64,000 nucleotides of DNA from Paramoeba atlantica (GCA_977017575.1 CDRNVI010000065.1:248001-312000); one strand, 5' to 3'. Shown: positions 11,220 through 21,304, counted from the stretch's first letter. A program made the numbers and translations. The notes: generated from the sequence alone by a model not told the origin.

Positions 11220-11413
11220 TAGAACATTTGCAAGGATAATCGGGATACTCTACATGAACTCAATAATAAAGATTTATAGTAAAAGAGTTAGTGTACTGCA
11301 ATGCCCTTATAGTGTTACGTTTACATCATGAAAACAGCACGAAAATAAATTTGAAGTCGGATTCTTCTGGACAAAAAGAATTGCAACTTGCACACAAGTC
11401 TGAACTGTTGTCT

Positions 11414-13039
11414 CTAATCTATGATTATACATTCGCTATTACTTTTGGTTGCTTTCGAATTTGTGTGACTCGTACAATCCGTGTCCACTACATTGGTGCC
11501 ACGTACTAAGTGAGGTGTGTCTAGTTTTTCAAGTTTTCTCTTTCTTAATGAAGCTAAGGAATTTCCATGTTCACCAATACGTTCAGAGTCTGTGGACACC
11601 ACCTCATCGCTACCAGCAAAGGAACTGCAGATCTTTTTACCACTATACGGAAAATATCGGGTAATTGATTTACGCTGCATTTCTTTCACGCGATCTGAGT
11701 ATTTGTAATGTTCAAATCCATGAGCGTTTATCGATACAAAGCTAAAACAGTATGGGTTTTCAGTACTACTCTTCGGAACATGTGAAACAAGGTCCGACAA
11801 GAGGGCATCTACTAATGCCGTAGAATCATCCGTATCCTTTACGTTTGCGCCCGCAGGATATGAACTAGTCCTTGTCAAGTTGCCGCATTCCGGGACACAG
11901 CGTAGCACTAATGTGATGCGCTTCGGGTAAAAGGTACTACGGCATGCACCAAAGTGTATGTCGTGATCAACCCGGTATCTACGGTCATCTTGTAGATCAA
12001 CAAGATCTTCCACCCTATGTACCACCTCTGCGCACAACATTTGCAACCAGGGTAACAAGTTTGTCGTTGGCGGGATCTCTTTCGCTGCAACTATGCTTTT
12101 CGGAAGCGTTCTTTGAATAACTGAGGCATCTGAGTAACCTCGAGCCGAGCGCAATATACAGTCTGTGGTAGAGAGATCAAAATACAAGTGAACCGCATCA
12201 AAATCATGTTCCCACAGTTCAGATGCCGTCCGCACACCAAGTAAAGATGTGACTTTTTTACCGAAATCGCCGCCATAGCCCCTTAGCTTACGTACTTCAA
12301 TGTCTTTCATAAAATCAGAAACTCCGGAGTCCAGCAGAACAGCTTGTTGGTTGGGCTTGTACTTTGAAGAGGCATATTTTGCGAGAGGCTTCGTGGATGC
12401 AATTCCAGCACTAAGACGATATTTCAATTCCTGAAAGACAGCTTGTCGGATTTCGTGCGCGACTTCTGCCGCAAGGTAAAAATGTTTGATATTGTGTGTG
12501 TCGTCCGCAGCTGAATTGCGTAAAACAGTACCGAATCCAGTAAGCCATTGGGAGATGTCCGGTACATAATTGTTCCCATCCTCTCGCAATCGCAAGTAAA
12601 CTTCTCGAGTGACGTCTATATAAGCTTCATCAATACCAGCCCTTTCGTAAATACACAGAGATCCCGCCACACGCTGAATCAGACTATGTATCCGCCGCGA
12701 GGCTTGGCGATAAGGTTCCAAGCTTACTTTGTGGGTAGATTTTGACGGGTTCGAGTGGTATTCATAATTCACACTTCCGAGAGCGTAGGTCGCCGTGTGA
12801 ACGGCCCGTACATCGGGACATACTCTCAAAGCTTCCGAGAGATGCATAAATCGTGTCACGCCACGAGCCCTTGCAGCGTAGTTCACAGCTATGAGACTGC
12901 CCCATTGTTGAACTACGCAAGGGACATCATGGGGTATCTGAAGCCGTAGCTGCTCCACTTGACAGTAGAAGCAATCAAGATCGACATGGATAATAAAGCG
13001 ATCTTCATTATAAGGAAACTCCAAGAGGTGCTCCAACAT
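11414..13039 (-). CDS. POLH: Y-family DNA polymerase, Pol eta-like
   Basis: IIHVDLDCFYCQVE, IAVNYAARARGV, ERAGIDEAYID, LRGYGG; PIP-like 'QRKSITRYF' near the C-terminus. Confidence 0.88.
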   Translation of the reverse strand: MLEHLLEFPYNEDRFIIHVDLDCFYCQVEQLRLQIPHDVPCVVQQWGSLIAVNYAARARGVTRFMHLSEALRVCPDVRAVHTATYALGSVNYEYHSNPSKSTHKVSLEPYRQASRRIHSLIQRVAGSLCIYERAGIDEAYIDVTREVYLRLREDGNNYVPDISQWLTGFGTVLRNSAADDTHNIKHFYLAAEVAHEIRQAVFQELKYRLSAGIASTKPLAKYASSKYKPNQQAVLLDSGVSDFMKDIEVRKLRGYGGDFGKKVTSLLGVRTASELWEHDFDAVHLYFDLSTTDCILRSARGYSDASVIQRTLPKSIVAAKEIPPTTNLLPWLQMLCAEVVHRVEDLVDLQDDRRYRVDHDIHFGACRSTFYPKRITLVLRCVPECGNLTRTSSYPAGANVKDTDDSTALVDALLSDLVSHVPKSSTENPYCFSFVSINAHGFEHYKYSDRVKEMQRKSITRYFPYSGKKICSSFAGSDEVVSTDSERIGEHGNSLASLRKRKLEKLDTPHLVRGTNVVDTDCTSHTNSKATKSNSECIIID

Positions 13040-13244
13040 TCAATTCATAATTACAAAAATGTTATAGCGCAGTGGTCAAAAGTAGTATGGTAATCTGTCC
13101 CAAGGTAGATAAAAAACAGAAAGTAGTTAGCTAAATAATAACTGCAAAATATTTACTAATTATACTGCAAAAAAATTTGAATAATTTAGAGGATGCATAA
13201 CAGATAAAAACATAAAAAGATTGAGGTGGTCTGGAAAGAGAGGT

Positions 13245-13306
13245 ATCCTCATCGGGCGACTGCTGGCTAACAGTTTCGAGCATAAAAATGCAACCCGATG
13301 ATTCAC
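13245..13306 (-). promoter_or_regulatory. Candidate SECIS element in the SelK 3' UTR
   Basis: mRNA sense: GUGAA-UCAUCGGG...CCCGAUGA-GGAU, i.e. a UGAA/GGAU non-Watson-Crick quartet closing an 8-bp helix. The apical AA is not at the canonical position. Confidence 0.5.
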
Positions 13307-13341
13307 AGTAAACAGATTTCGCCAAAGATGGCAAGAACGAA

Positions 13342-13395
13342 GCGCAAGGTGAGCACTGCGGAAATAATGAAATAGTACGATGTCTCACCTTGCGC
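13342..13395 (-). promoter_or_regulatory. Perfect 12-bp stem-loop starting 6 nt after the SelK UGA (SRE-like)
   Basis: Arms GCGCAAGGTGAG (13342-53) and CTCACCTTGCGC (13384-95), 30-nt loop. Confidence 0.6.
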
Positions 13396-13653
13396 CTATC
13401 CTCAGCCTCCGGCACCACCAAACTGTGCGGGTTTCGGTAGGCAGGAAATACGCGGTCCTCTTGGGGCCCTGTTATCTGAGTTGTCGCCGGGACCTCGATG
13501 ACGAAAATTGTCCACGTGCTCTCGTACCGGAGCAGTGGTGAAGAGTGTTTGAAGGAAAAGAGCTACCAGAGAAAATAGTAGCGCTATTCCATCATGGATT
13601 TCCACCGACCAAGGTCGTGAATCCGAGAGGCGGCCTTGGGAAATATATGTCAT
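13396..13653 (-). CDS. SELENOK: Selenoprotein K (in-frame UGA read as Sec at 13404-13402; true stop TAG at 13398-13396)
   Basis: MTYISQGRLSDSRPW N-terminus, one TM segment (IALLFSLVALFLQTLF), Gly/Pro/Arg-rich tail ending AGG-UGA-GGA-TAG (GGUG*), the SelK layout. Confidence 0.88.
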
Positions 13654-14213
13654 GATTTATTGTCCGTATATTAATTTTAGTAAGGAGATGGAAATCAAAA
13701 GAATGGATCAACAGGTTATTTTTTTTATTAATACAAAAATACAAAACAATATGTCTCCGCAAAACGCTACTTTTTTGAATACACATGTAGGATTTAAAAA
13801 CCTACTCTATAGAAGCACAAGGTTAAATGCTATTCTGAACTATTTTACTGTTGAGTGCGCATTGAAGTGAGTTGCAAAGTAGTTAAAAAAGGAGGAGTGC
13901 GTGTACACAACGTTCTGTAAAACCGAATTTTTAATGCCATACAAACTATTTTTTTGAAGACAAAATTTAATACACACTCTATTCTTCACAAAGCCTTCAA
14001 AAGAGATATTGGCTAAAAAAACTACTTTAGGAAGCTACAGCTGTGTTCAAAGAGTACTTTGAACACATTTTTGTATACAAAGACCTAAGTATTGTGATAT
14101 ACTCAGTGATCCTCACGCTTCCTACAACTTTATACTTAAAATTATTTTTGATAGACACAATTCCGCATGTCGGAAATTCTCAAATCCAAAGGTATTCTAC
14201 CATAGATTGATGA

Positions 14214-16076
14214 CTAATTTTCCTCGTCTGGACTATAAATTTCCGGAAGATATTTCTCAGGGGAGGAATCTGTTGGAGTACTCGTCTCTACCTGAGGTTT
14301 TGAGACATTGACTTCATCTGCACTATCAGACGGTTCGTTAGGAGTCGTTTCTTCTGTCACAGCATGGGTGAACTCCACGGGAGTGCTTACTTCTTGTGGG
14401 ATTGCTTTCTCCTCGTTGACCTCGGGTACACTGACCTTCACCGCGGCTATATCCACAACCGCTGCATTCTCAGGGGCATCCTTTCCTTCCTTGAGAGGAT
14501 CTGCCATCCCTCCAGAGCGGCTCTGTACTTCTTCTTCCTGCATATCCTGTCCAGCTTCAGATGGAACGCCTAATACCTCAGACGTGTTTTCCACAACGCT
14601 TTCGGTTGGCTCCGAAGTGGCTAGCGGTTGAGAACACGCAGCTGGTGATTTCGCAGGACTTACCGAACTGAGTGCCTCCGTGCTTTGAGCCCTGCGGCTT
14701 GTGGTTTCCGGGGTGACAGCTGCAGTGATCTGAACCACTGGACTCGAGAGGTGTGAAGGAGTAGTTGTCACAGGTGTGGCCGTTTCACGTGCGGGAGTTG
14801 CCAGTGCGGAGAGCGCTTGCTCGGGGGTAAGTGGTGCCTCTCGAATCGGAGTTGACTGTTCGGATGGCGCTTTTGTTTGAGACTTTATGGGAGTGGAGTG
14901 CGTACTGGGTGGGTGCGCTACGATAATGTTGTCAACAGTAGATGATGCAATTTCTTCTGAAGTGGACTCCGGTGTCTTCTCGGGTGGAGCACTGGCTTCC
15001 GCCACAGTTCGCTCTACGGCCGGAGTTTCACTCAAAGGACTTGCTTCTTCTATTTCTTGCATTGCCACGGCGGTTGTTGCAGAATCGCTTGCGCCATGCT
15101 CTATTTTTTCCAGTTCTGCGAATGCAAGTTCAATAAATGAACGAATTTCATTGGCTTTCTCTTTGAGCGAGCCCTGTGCAAGGTTGTAGTGCGCCTCTAT
15201 ACGAGAACGGACAGCCGTTAGGGAAAGAGATTCGGCGTCCTCAACCGAGGTAGTACGCATCATAGTGCTTATAAAGTTCTGAATTTCATTATTAGGCGGT
15301 ATAACTTCTTCAACTACCACACTCTTTTTTTCTTTAACTTGGCGTTGCCGTTTGGCAGGTGGCTGTGGTGTCTCTTCCTTTTTGCTATCACTTCTACCTC
15401 GTTTGGTGGGACGTTCTTTCTTTTTTTGAGATGTATCCGTTTTCTTTGACTTCGCTGTGGCCGATTTGCCAGACTTGGCGGGCGTTTTCGTAGATCGTCC
15501 CTTGGCACTTTTAATTCGGGAAACAGTTTTTAGCTTTTTATTGGTTTTCCGAGTTTTCCTTTTCTTCTTTGTCACGGTTCTCTTTTCCTTTTTTTGCGCA
15601 TCAAGAGATAGTACAGGACTCATCAAAAACTCACTCAAATGTTGATTTTGCTCCGCTACAGTTTTCCCTAAAATTCTGAAAGTCTTTAGAATAGGTTTAA
15701 GTTCCTTACGAGTTTGTGATTCAATCGCTTTAGTTAAGTGGGAAGCCGTAATCCCTCTAGTTGAACTAGATCCCAGAAAGCCACGGAAGTTCATTAATTC
15801 TCTTTTTCGCGATTGCTTTAGTCCGGGACGTCCAACAAGTATCCGGTATAGAGGAGTGCAATCTGTAGGCAATATTTTCTTCCATTCAGGGAAAACTTTA
15901 AGAGGTACGCCACTGCCGTCTACGGGGACTTCATACGTCACTTTGCGCACTGGTGTCGCGGCCGTCGGACTAAAGTAAACTGCATCCCTCCGTATGCGTG
16001 TGCTTCGTCGATCCCCATCAGCTTCTTCGGTGCCGTGATTTTTCTCAGGCGTTTGAGTTTCTACGTCGTCAGACAT
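14214..16076 (-). CDS. DEK-like chromatin protein (DEK-C domain, long acidic Thr/Ser/Pro tail)
   Basis: RRSTRIRR N-terminal motif, Lys-rich linker, 'IQNFISTMMRTTSVEDAESLSLTAVRSRIEAHYNL..SLKEKANEIRSFI' (DEK-C pattern). Confidence 0.65.
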   Translation of the reverse strand: MSDDVETQTPEKNHGTEEADGDRRSTRIRRDAVYFSPTAATPVRKVTYEVPVDGSGVPLKVFPEWKKILPTDCTPLYRILVGRPGLKQSRKRELMNFRGFLGSSSTRGITASHLTKAIESQTRKELKPILKTFRILGKTVAEQNQHLSEFLMSPVLSLDAQKKEKRTVTKKKRKTRKTNKKLKTVSRIKSAKGRSTKTPAKSGKSATAKSKKTDTSQKKKERPTKRGRSDSKKEETPQPPAKRQRQVKEKKSVVVEEVIPPNNEIQNFISTMMRTTSVEDAESLSLTAVRSRIEAHYNLAQGSLKEKANEIRSFIELAFAELEKIEHGASDSATTAVAMQEIEEASPLSETPAVERTVAEASAPPEKTPESTSEEIASSTVDNIIVAHPPSTHSTPIKSQTKAPSEQSTPIREAPLTPEQALSALATPARETATPVTTTPSHLSSPVVQITAAVTPETTSRRAQSTEALSSVSPAKSPAACSQPLATSEPTESVVENTSEVLGVPSEAGQDMQEEEVQSRSGGMADPLKEGKDAPENAAVVDIAAVKVSVPEVNEEKAIPQEVSTPVEFTHAVTEETTPNEPSDSADEVNVSKPQVETSTPTDSSPEKYLPEIYSPDEEN

Positions 16077-16242
16077 GAAATAAATCCTTAATGTTACTTT
16101 TAATAAGAGTGCGAAATATCAATTCGTTGTGGAATAAATACGGGCGGAAGGAAGATACGATATAAACACAAGGACACACGAGCAAGATTCGCCGTATAAA
16201 GGATTACACGCCGTATAAAGGAAACACACAACTGGTTGAAAT

Positions 16243-16848
16243 TTATACATCAAGAACAAATGTTGCGTGATACGAGGATTCTAAAGGTGTGATCAACTCA
16301 GTACGATTTAGTATGGACGTATTCGGGCCTTTCCATATAGCAAGTCGGTGTTTTGTTATCGCTTTGACTTCGCCCCCAGCCGGAGTATTTCCATTGTTTG
16401 ATATGCACCATAACCGTGCGCCACACTGAATTTGCGATTTGTGTCGAGAGATACTTACGTCAGTGGGAGATTGAACTAAATCAGTAAAGGACTTGTTTGT
16501 ATTTTTAGGTAAATCAATAATATTATCCAAAAGGAATACTCTTACAGTGGAGCAGGTTACTCTTTTTGTTGCGGATATGTGCAAATATTGCTCAAGAAGA
16601 TCGTACAAGATAGATGTTTCATCAGGTGCGGAAGAAAATATGTCTTTAATCAGTGAGGTACTTTTAAACTCTAAACCTTGAGGTTTATCGTTACTATGAG
16701 TGTCCGAAATAGTCACGTTACGTACGCTGGATTCACCCAGAAGCACAGAGGAAAGGGATAGTATTGATTCTTCCAAAAGTGAGACAAGATTATATGACCA
16801 GCAGTGCAACATTAGGTCTGCTGTGTGGTCTACGTGTTCGTATGGCAT
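16243..16848 (-). CDS. Archease (RtcB tRNA ligase cofactor)
   Basis: N-terminal YEHVDHTAD and C-terminal EVKAITKH...TFVLDV. Confidence 0.92.
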   Translation of the reverse strand: MPYEHVDHTADLMLHCWSYNLVSLLEESILSLSSVLLGESSVRNVTISDTHSNDKPQGLEFKSTSLIKDIFSSAPDETSILYDLLEQYLHISATKRVTCSTVRVFLLDNIIDLPKNTNKSFTDLVQSPTDVSISRHKSQIQCGARLWCISNNGNTPAGGEVKAITKHRLAIWKGPNTSILNRTELITPLESSYHATFVLDV

Positions 16849-17265
16849 GATATCTTATACAGTGGTACCCATGTAATTACAACAAACGTACGAATGTTAT
16901 ATTTGAATTGTTTGTATATTTTGTTCGTATATTTGAAATATACAAAAAAATGCAAGGTCTACCTGTCCTACATGTTTCTCTGCCTACATGATCTACGTGT
17001 ATCTACCTTAATAAGATAGGATTAGAAGACTTACATAATCTATAGGTTAGACGAAACGAAGTGTATGCAATCTGGAAAAAGACATTTAAAAAGACTCTTT
17101 CTTGACATAATACACTGCTTGGTATGTTTCGTAAGACTGGAGACTGCCTTGTGCCAGAATCCTATAATCTTATTACTCCTTAATGAGATGTGAGTTATAG
17201 TTGCTACCACACTGTTTGGTGAAATGGAGTCCAAAAAGACATCCTGGGTCAGAGCGCAATAAGTG

Positions 17266-17811
17266 TTATGATTTCAATTTTTCCAAGTATTCCGCTCGCT
17301 GTTTTGCAAACATCGTTTTTTCTCTATGCATCATGCGTGCCTCATTATTTATTTCATTATACATGATGTAAAGCGGGTATGAAATCATTCCGATCGCAAA
17401 TCCCGCACACCAAACCGGAATGAGACGCTGGGGTACACGGTTTTTTGGCCAAAAACACATCCCTACGACAGCGAAACCTCCTAGAACCAGTCCAGCGTCA
17501 ATTCCACGCTGAAAAGGTTCACTACCAAGGTAAAATTTCCACTGTTCAGAAAGTTCTCGCCGTCGCCTCTGACCAATATCAAGCCCTTCCATGTTCTGAA
17601 TTACTTTGTTAATCGCAGCTTGATCTTCCCGAGCAACGATCTGAGGACCAACACTTAAGGTTGCTAGACTCTTATTCCGGTCCGGCGTTACATCAGGCCG
17701 AGGAATTGAAATATCATTACGTACATCTAGAGGAGATGAGTGTGTTCTTGTGGTAACGACTATATCCTTGTTTTGCTCATCCGCAGTAGCCGAGCTCGAT
17801 GAGTTTCCCAT
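17266..17811 (-). CDS. Hypothetical membrane protein, possibly N-myristoylated, two TM segments
   Basis: MGNSSSS start, two hydrophobic helices, C-terminal coiled coil; 181 aa. Confidence 0.7.
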   Translation of the reverse strand: MGNSSSSATADEQNKDIVVTTRTHSSPLDVRNDISIPRPDVTPDRNKSLATLSVGPQIVAREDQAAINKVIQNMEGLDIGQRRRRELSEQWKFYLGSEPFQRGIDAGLVLGGFAVVGMCFWPKNRVPQRLIPVWCAGFAIGMISYPLYIMYNEINNEARMMHREKTMFAKQRAEYLEKLKS

Positions 17812-18179
17812 TTACGAAAAAATTAAGTCTCTGAAATATCCGAATGCTTAAAAAGCAGAAATAATCCAAAAATCCTGCGTTTGATACTATTCCTATCTCT
17901 TTTTCTCATTCGTGTGCATAAATTTACGGGGTAACAATGAAATAACATAGCGCAATGATATTAAATTTATGTGGAATGCGCTTATACCTATGAATGGTGT
18001 TGTACGTACATAAACAATGTAAAAATCAAAGCATACGATATGGAACATCAAACTATACATCAAACGAATAGGTGGCGTAGATTCTACCTCAACCCTTTAT
18101 AGAGGACAAAATGACACCTATTGCTCATCATACTCTGGCACACAATATGTCTGATGGGGTAATAGCGCATTGTACAAAG

Positions 18180-18371
18180 CTATTTACTCTTTTTGATTCC
18201 TCCTTGTGAAAGGGGACCTCCCTTCGACTTTACCTTCTGAGCCAGCTCTGCAATTTTCTTTGCCTCCTCTTGTTTTTTCTTCTGAAATGCCACATCATCA
18301 TCGTCTACTTCATTCGTTTGTTTTTTGGGTTGTTTCAAGGGCTTCTGCTTTCCTCCTTGTTTGGAAGGCAT
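18180..18371 (-). CDS. TMA7: Translation machinery-associated protein 7
   Basis: MPSKQGGKQKPLKQPKK...DDVAFQKKKQEEAKK...KGGPLSQGGIKKSK. Confidence 0.93.
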   Translation of the reverse strand: MPSKQGGKQKPLKQPKKQTNEVDDDDVAFQKKKQEEAKKIAELAQKVKSKGGPLSQGGIKKSK

Positions 18372-18581
18372 TGAACAAGGGAAATAGATACTGATAATTA
18401 AAACTGAGGAAGTAAAAAACGAAAACGTACTAGTATATCCGGCATGTAATTAATCATTACAATGCACGTCTCGATAGATAGAATGTAGGACTACGTATAC
18501 TTTTTAGAAATGTATGAAAGGTTCGAAATAACCTCTCTAATTTTCGTTCTATTTCTTCTAAAACGGAAGGTCATTTTCGTA

Positions 18582-18896
18582 TTATAATAATAATATTATA
18601 ATATCGCTTTTTGAAATCATTTTTTCCCATATTTCGTTGGCCAAGTCCTTCTCCCAATCACGCATGATCCTGTGATTGTTGCCAAGTGCATTGAGAATTT
18701 CTTCAGTATTTGCTCCCTTGGGGCGTAATTGTTCATAGTTACGAAGTAAAGCGTATGCTGCTTTGCATGACAAGTTCGTCTTTGCCACAAAACAGGGAAC
18801 GCAGCGACGGACAAAAACATTTACACTCATTGAATTGTCGTTCGGGGTCAGTGAAAAAAGTTCCGGTTCGGGTGCGATTCTCTGTCCCTCGCGCAC
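18582..18896 (-). CDS. Hypothetical protein
   Basis: Open frame on the coding strand (first ATG at 18830) with protein-like composition; no motif. Confidence 0.35.
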   Translation of the reverse strand: MREGQRIAPEPELFSLTPNDNSMSVNVFVRRCVPCFVAKTNLSCKAAYALLRNYEQLRPKGANTEEILNALGNNHRIMRDWEKDLANEIWEKMISKSDIIILLL

Positions 18897-18933
18897 TAAA
18901 CAAGTGTGATTGATATGGTGATAGTAATGGTTG

Positions 18934-19509
18934 TTATGGAGCGAATGACTCCACGACGGTCAGTCGCGACATTTTATGTGAGTCCGCTGGCCTATTCACG
19001 TGATGGGACCGAGGATATTTCTCGGCGTATTCACGACACTCTTTGTTTTTCTTCTCCAAATCTTTCGTTCTACCAGTCGGGGTATCCATTCCCAAGCAGC
19101 GCTCACGAAAGAATTTTGTCAAAATACGGGGAAACCGCATTGGGTCCTGTACAAGCTGTTTTCGAACTACTTGCCTTACAGAGCTTGCCTGTTGTGATGG
19201 AGAGGACGACATTTCCTCTTCGAGCCTCGCGGTACACTCTCGTCGTACTGAGACAGGAACATAACTCCCTGACGGAACGTTATCGGAAATTTCAAATCTG
19301 CTGTGGGTGGGACCATCTGCTGCTTCCGTGGAAGCATCTCGCTGCATGGCAGTTCTATTCTTCTTCGCCAAATTGGTTCTCTTGGCACGAACCGAAGTAA
19401 CTGAAGGAGTAGTAGATGAAAAAGATTCGGAAGAATTTGCTTCAGCTAAAGTTGGCACGATTGCATCTGATGAAAGAGCTGGGGGAGAAGGTACGCGGAT
19501 AGGAATCAT
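18934..19509 (-). CDS. Hypothetical protein (Ser-rich N-terminal half)
   Basis: 191-aa ATG ORF on the coding strand; no motif. Confidence 0.55.
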   Translation of the reverse strand: MIPIRVPSPPALSSDAIVPTLAEANSSESFSSTTPSVTSVRAKRTNLAKKNRTAMQRDASTEAADGPTHSRFEISDNVPSGSYVPVSVRRECTARLEEEMSSSPSQQASSVRQVVRKQLVQDPMRFPRILTKFFRERCLGMDTPTGRTKDLEKKNKECREYAEKYPRSHHVNRPADSHKMSRLTVVESFAP

Positions 19510-19843
19510 GCGCCCCCTTCCTCGAACAGAGGTGTGTATTGTGAAAAAACAAGTAACTTAACACTAAAAAGTAGAAGACTGATTGCAAATACATTTTTTA
19601 AACATTTTATAAACATATATTCTGCTAAAAAAAAATTCTTTCAGAAACCACCCAAGCACTCAAAATGTTTCGACCTTTCGACCGTCGAACGACGTCGAAT
19701 TCGACGTCGAACGACAGCTATGATTATTTCTTTAATTTAATGTATCAAGCTGAATTCCCAACTCACATCTTTGAATTGCGAACATGACTGCATCTAGAAT
19801 CTGCAGCAACTTCTAGATCCAGTATTGCAGTGTAAAGCACCAT

Positions 19844-21304
19844 CTATTCCTGCGTCGTTTTCGTTACGAATTTCATTTCTTCATTCACAGTGGGCAGGAA
19901 CGGACGAAGCACTTCTGGTATCATCACCCCAGTCTCTGTTTGATAATTCTCCACAAGACAACAAATCGTACGTGGTATTGCACAAAGCGTCGAGTTGAGC
20001 ATGTGTGGATGTTCCTTCAGCGCGGAGGCCAGTGTCCCACGGGTGGTGGGACCATACCGGCACCCAATACTACGGGACTGGTAGTCCGTGCAGTTTGAAC
20101 AACTCACAAGCTCACGAAACTTGCCACTTCCAGGAAACCACGCCTCAAGATCCCACTTCCGGGCAGCGGCGTTGTTCAGCGCGCCGGAGGCTATATCCAC
20201 CACCCGGTAGGGAATCCCAAGACTCGTGTAAAACTCCTCCGCACATTTCATCATCTCCTCATGGACGGCCCACGAGATTTCATCCCGGGGACTACACACC
20301 ACAAACTGCTCGATTTTATCAAACTGGTGCACACGAAAGATACCAAGGGTGTCGCGGCCGTGACTGCCGGCCTCTTTACGGTAACACGAGGAGTAACCCG
20401 CATACCGTTTCGGGACCCGCAGGTCCTCCTCATTGTACCACCGGTTGCGGTGGTACGCACATAGCGGTTGCTCGGAGGTGGCAATCAGATATTTATCCTC
20501 CCCCTCCCCGGTGACTTTGTAGAGCTGCTCGTCAAAATCCGACAACTGGGCGACCTCCCCCATACACTCCTTGGTCATAAAAACCGGCGGGTAGAACGGC
20601 ATATAGCCCCGTTTTGCCAGAAAACTCATCCCGTAATGCAGCAACGCGACATGGAGGAGCACCAGATCCCCGTGGAGCACGTAGGCCCGGCCCCCGGACA
20701 TCCGGGTGACGCGCTCGCTGCAGTCCATCACCCCGAGCGCCTCCATGAGGTCCACATGGTGCTGGGGTTTACGTGTGGTACAGTCCCCGCGGGTGCGCAG
20801 CACAGCGTTGTGCTCCTCACTCTCGTGGACCGGGGCAAACTCGTGGACAATATTCCCGATGGCTGCGAGTACGCGGTCTCGTGCCGCCTCAAGCGTCTTC
20901 GCACGCTCCATCTCCTGTGGGACGAGATGGGACGAGATGTGCTTGGAGAGGGCTTTGAGTTTTGGTACCGTCAAGGAGTCAAGGCTGTCCATCATGAGCT
21001 TCCCGGTGCGACAGGACTCGAGGAGCTCGTGGGGGAGCTCGATCGGTTCGGTTGTGAGCGTCAGGGACTCAAGAGAGGGCGCTGTGTTCTTGGATTTTTT
21101 CATTTCGGTTGCGATTTTCTTGCTGCACAGTCCAACGGATTTGTTCATGCCTTCGAGGGAGTGCTGGGCGTGTCTCCATTGGGTATCAAGCTCAATGACC
21201 TCATCCACCAGTTTAACATTGCTCCATCGGCGACGTTGGCTTTCACGTACGAGATTTGGATTGCCGCCTTTCTCAATGCGAAAGAGATTTATATCAAGTG
21301 GCAT
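19844..21304 (-). CDS. SARS: Seryl-tRNA synthetase, cytosolic type
   Basis: MPLDINLFR start (ATG 21304), YLIATSEQP, CYRKEAGSHGRDTLGIFRVHQFDKIEQF, RELVSCSNCTDYQSR, HMLNSTLCAIPRTICCLVENYQT. Confidence 0.97.
   Translation of the reverse strand: MPLDINLFRIEKGGNPNLVRESQRRRWSNVKLVDEVIELDTQWRHAQHSLEGMNKSVGLCSKKIATEMKKSKNTAPSLESLTLTTEPIELPHELLESCRTGKLMMDSLDSLTVPKLKALSKHISSHLVPQEMERAKTLEAARDRVLAAIGNIVHEFAPVHESEEHNAVLRTRGDCTTRKPQHHVDLMEALGVMDCSERVTRMSGGRAYVLHGDLVLLHVALLHYGMSFLAKRGYMPFYPPVFMTKECMGEVAQLSDFDEQLYKVTGEGEDKYLIATSEQPLCAYHRNRWYNEEDLRVPKRYAGYSSCYRKEAGSHGRDTLGIFRVHQFDKIEQFVVCSPRDEISWAVHEEMMKCAEEFYTSLGIPYRVVDIASGALNNAAARKWDLEAWFPGSGKFRELVSCSNCTDYQSRSIGCRYGPTTRGTLASALKEHPHMLNSTLCAIPRTICCLVENYQTETGVMIPEVLRPFLPTVNEEMKFVTKTTQE

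Noticed and set aside
18060-18140. ATGATGA box-C-like motif on the coding strand (possible C/D snoRNA)
   Set aside because: No CTGA D box at a suitable distance and no rRNA-complementary guide recognised.
18582-19509. Possible frameshift joining the 191-aa and 104-aa ORFs
   Set aside because: The frames overlap only briefly (18934-18959), with no slippery site or homology support.
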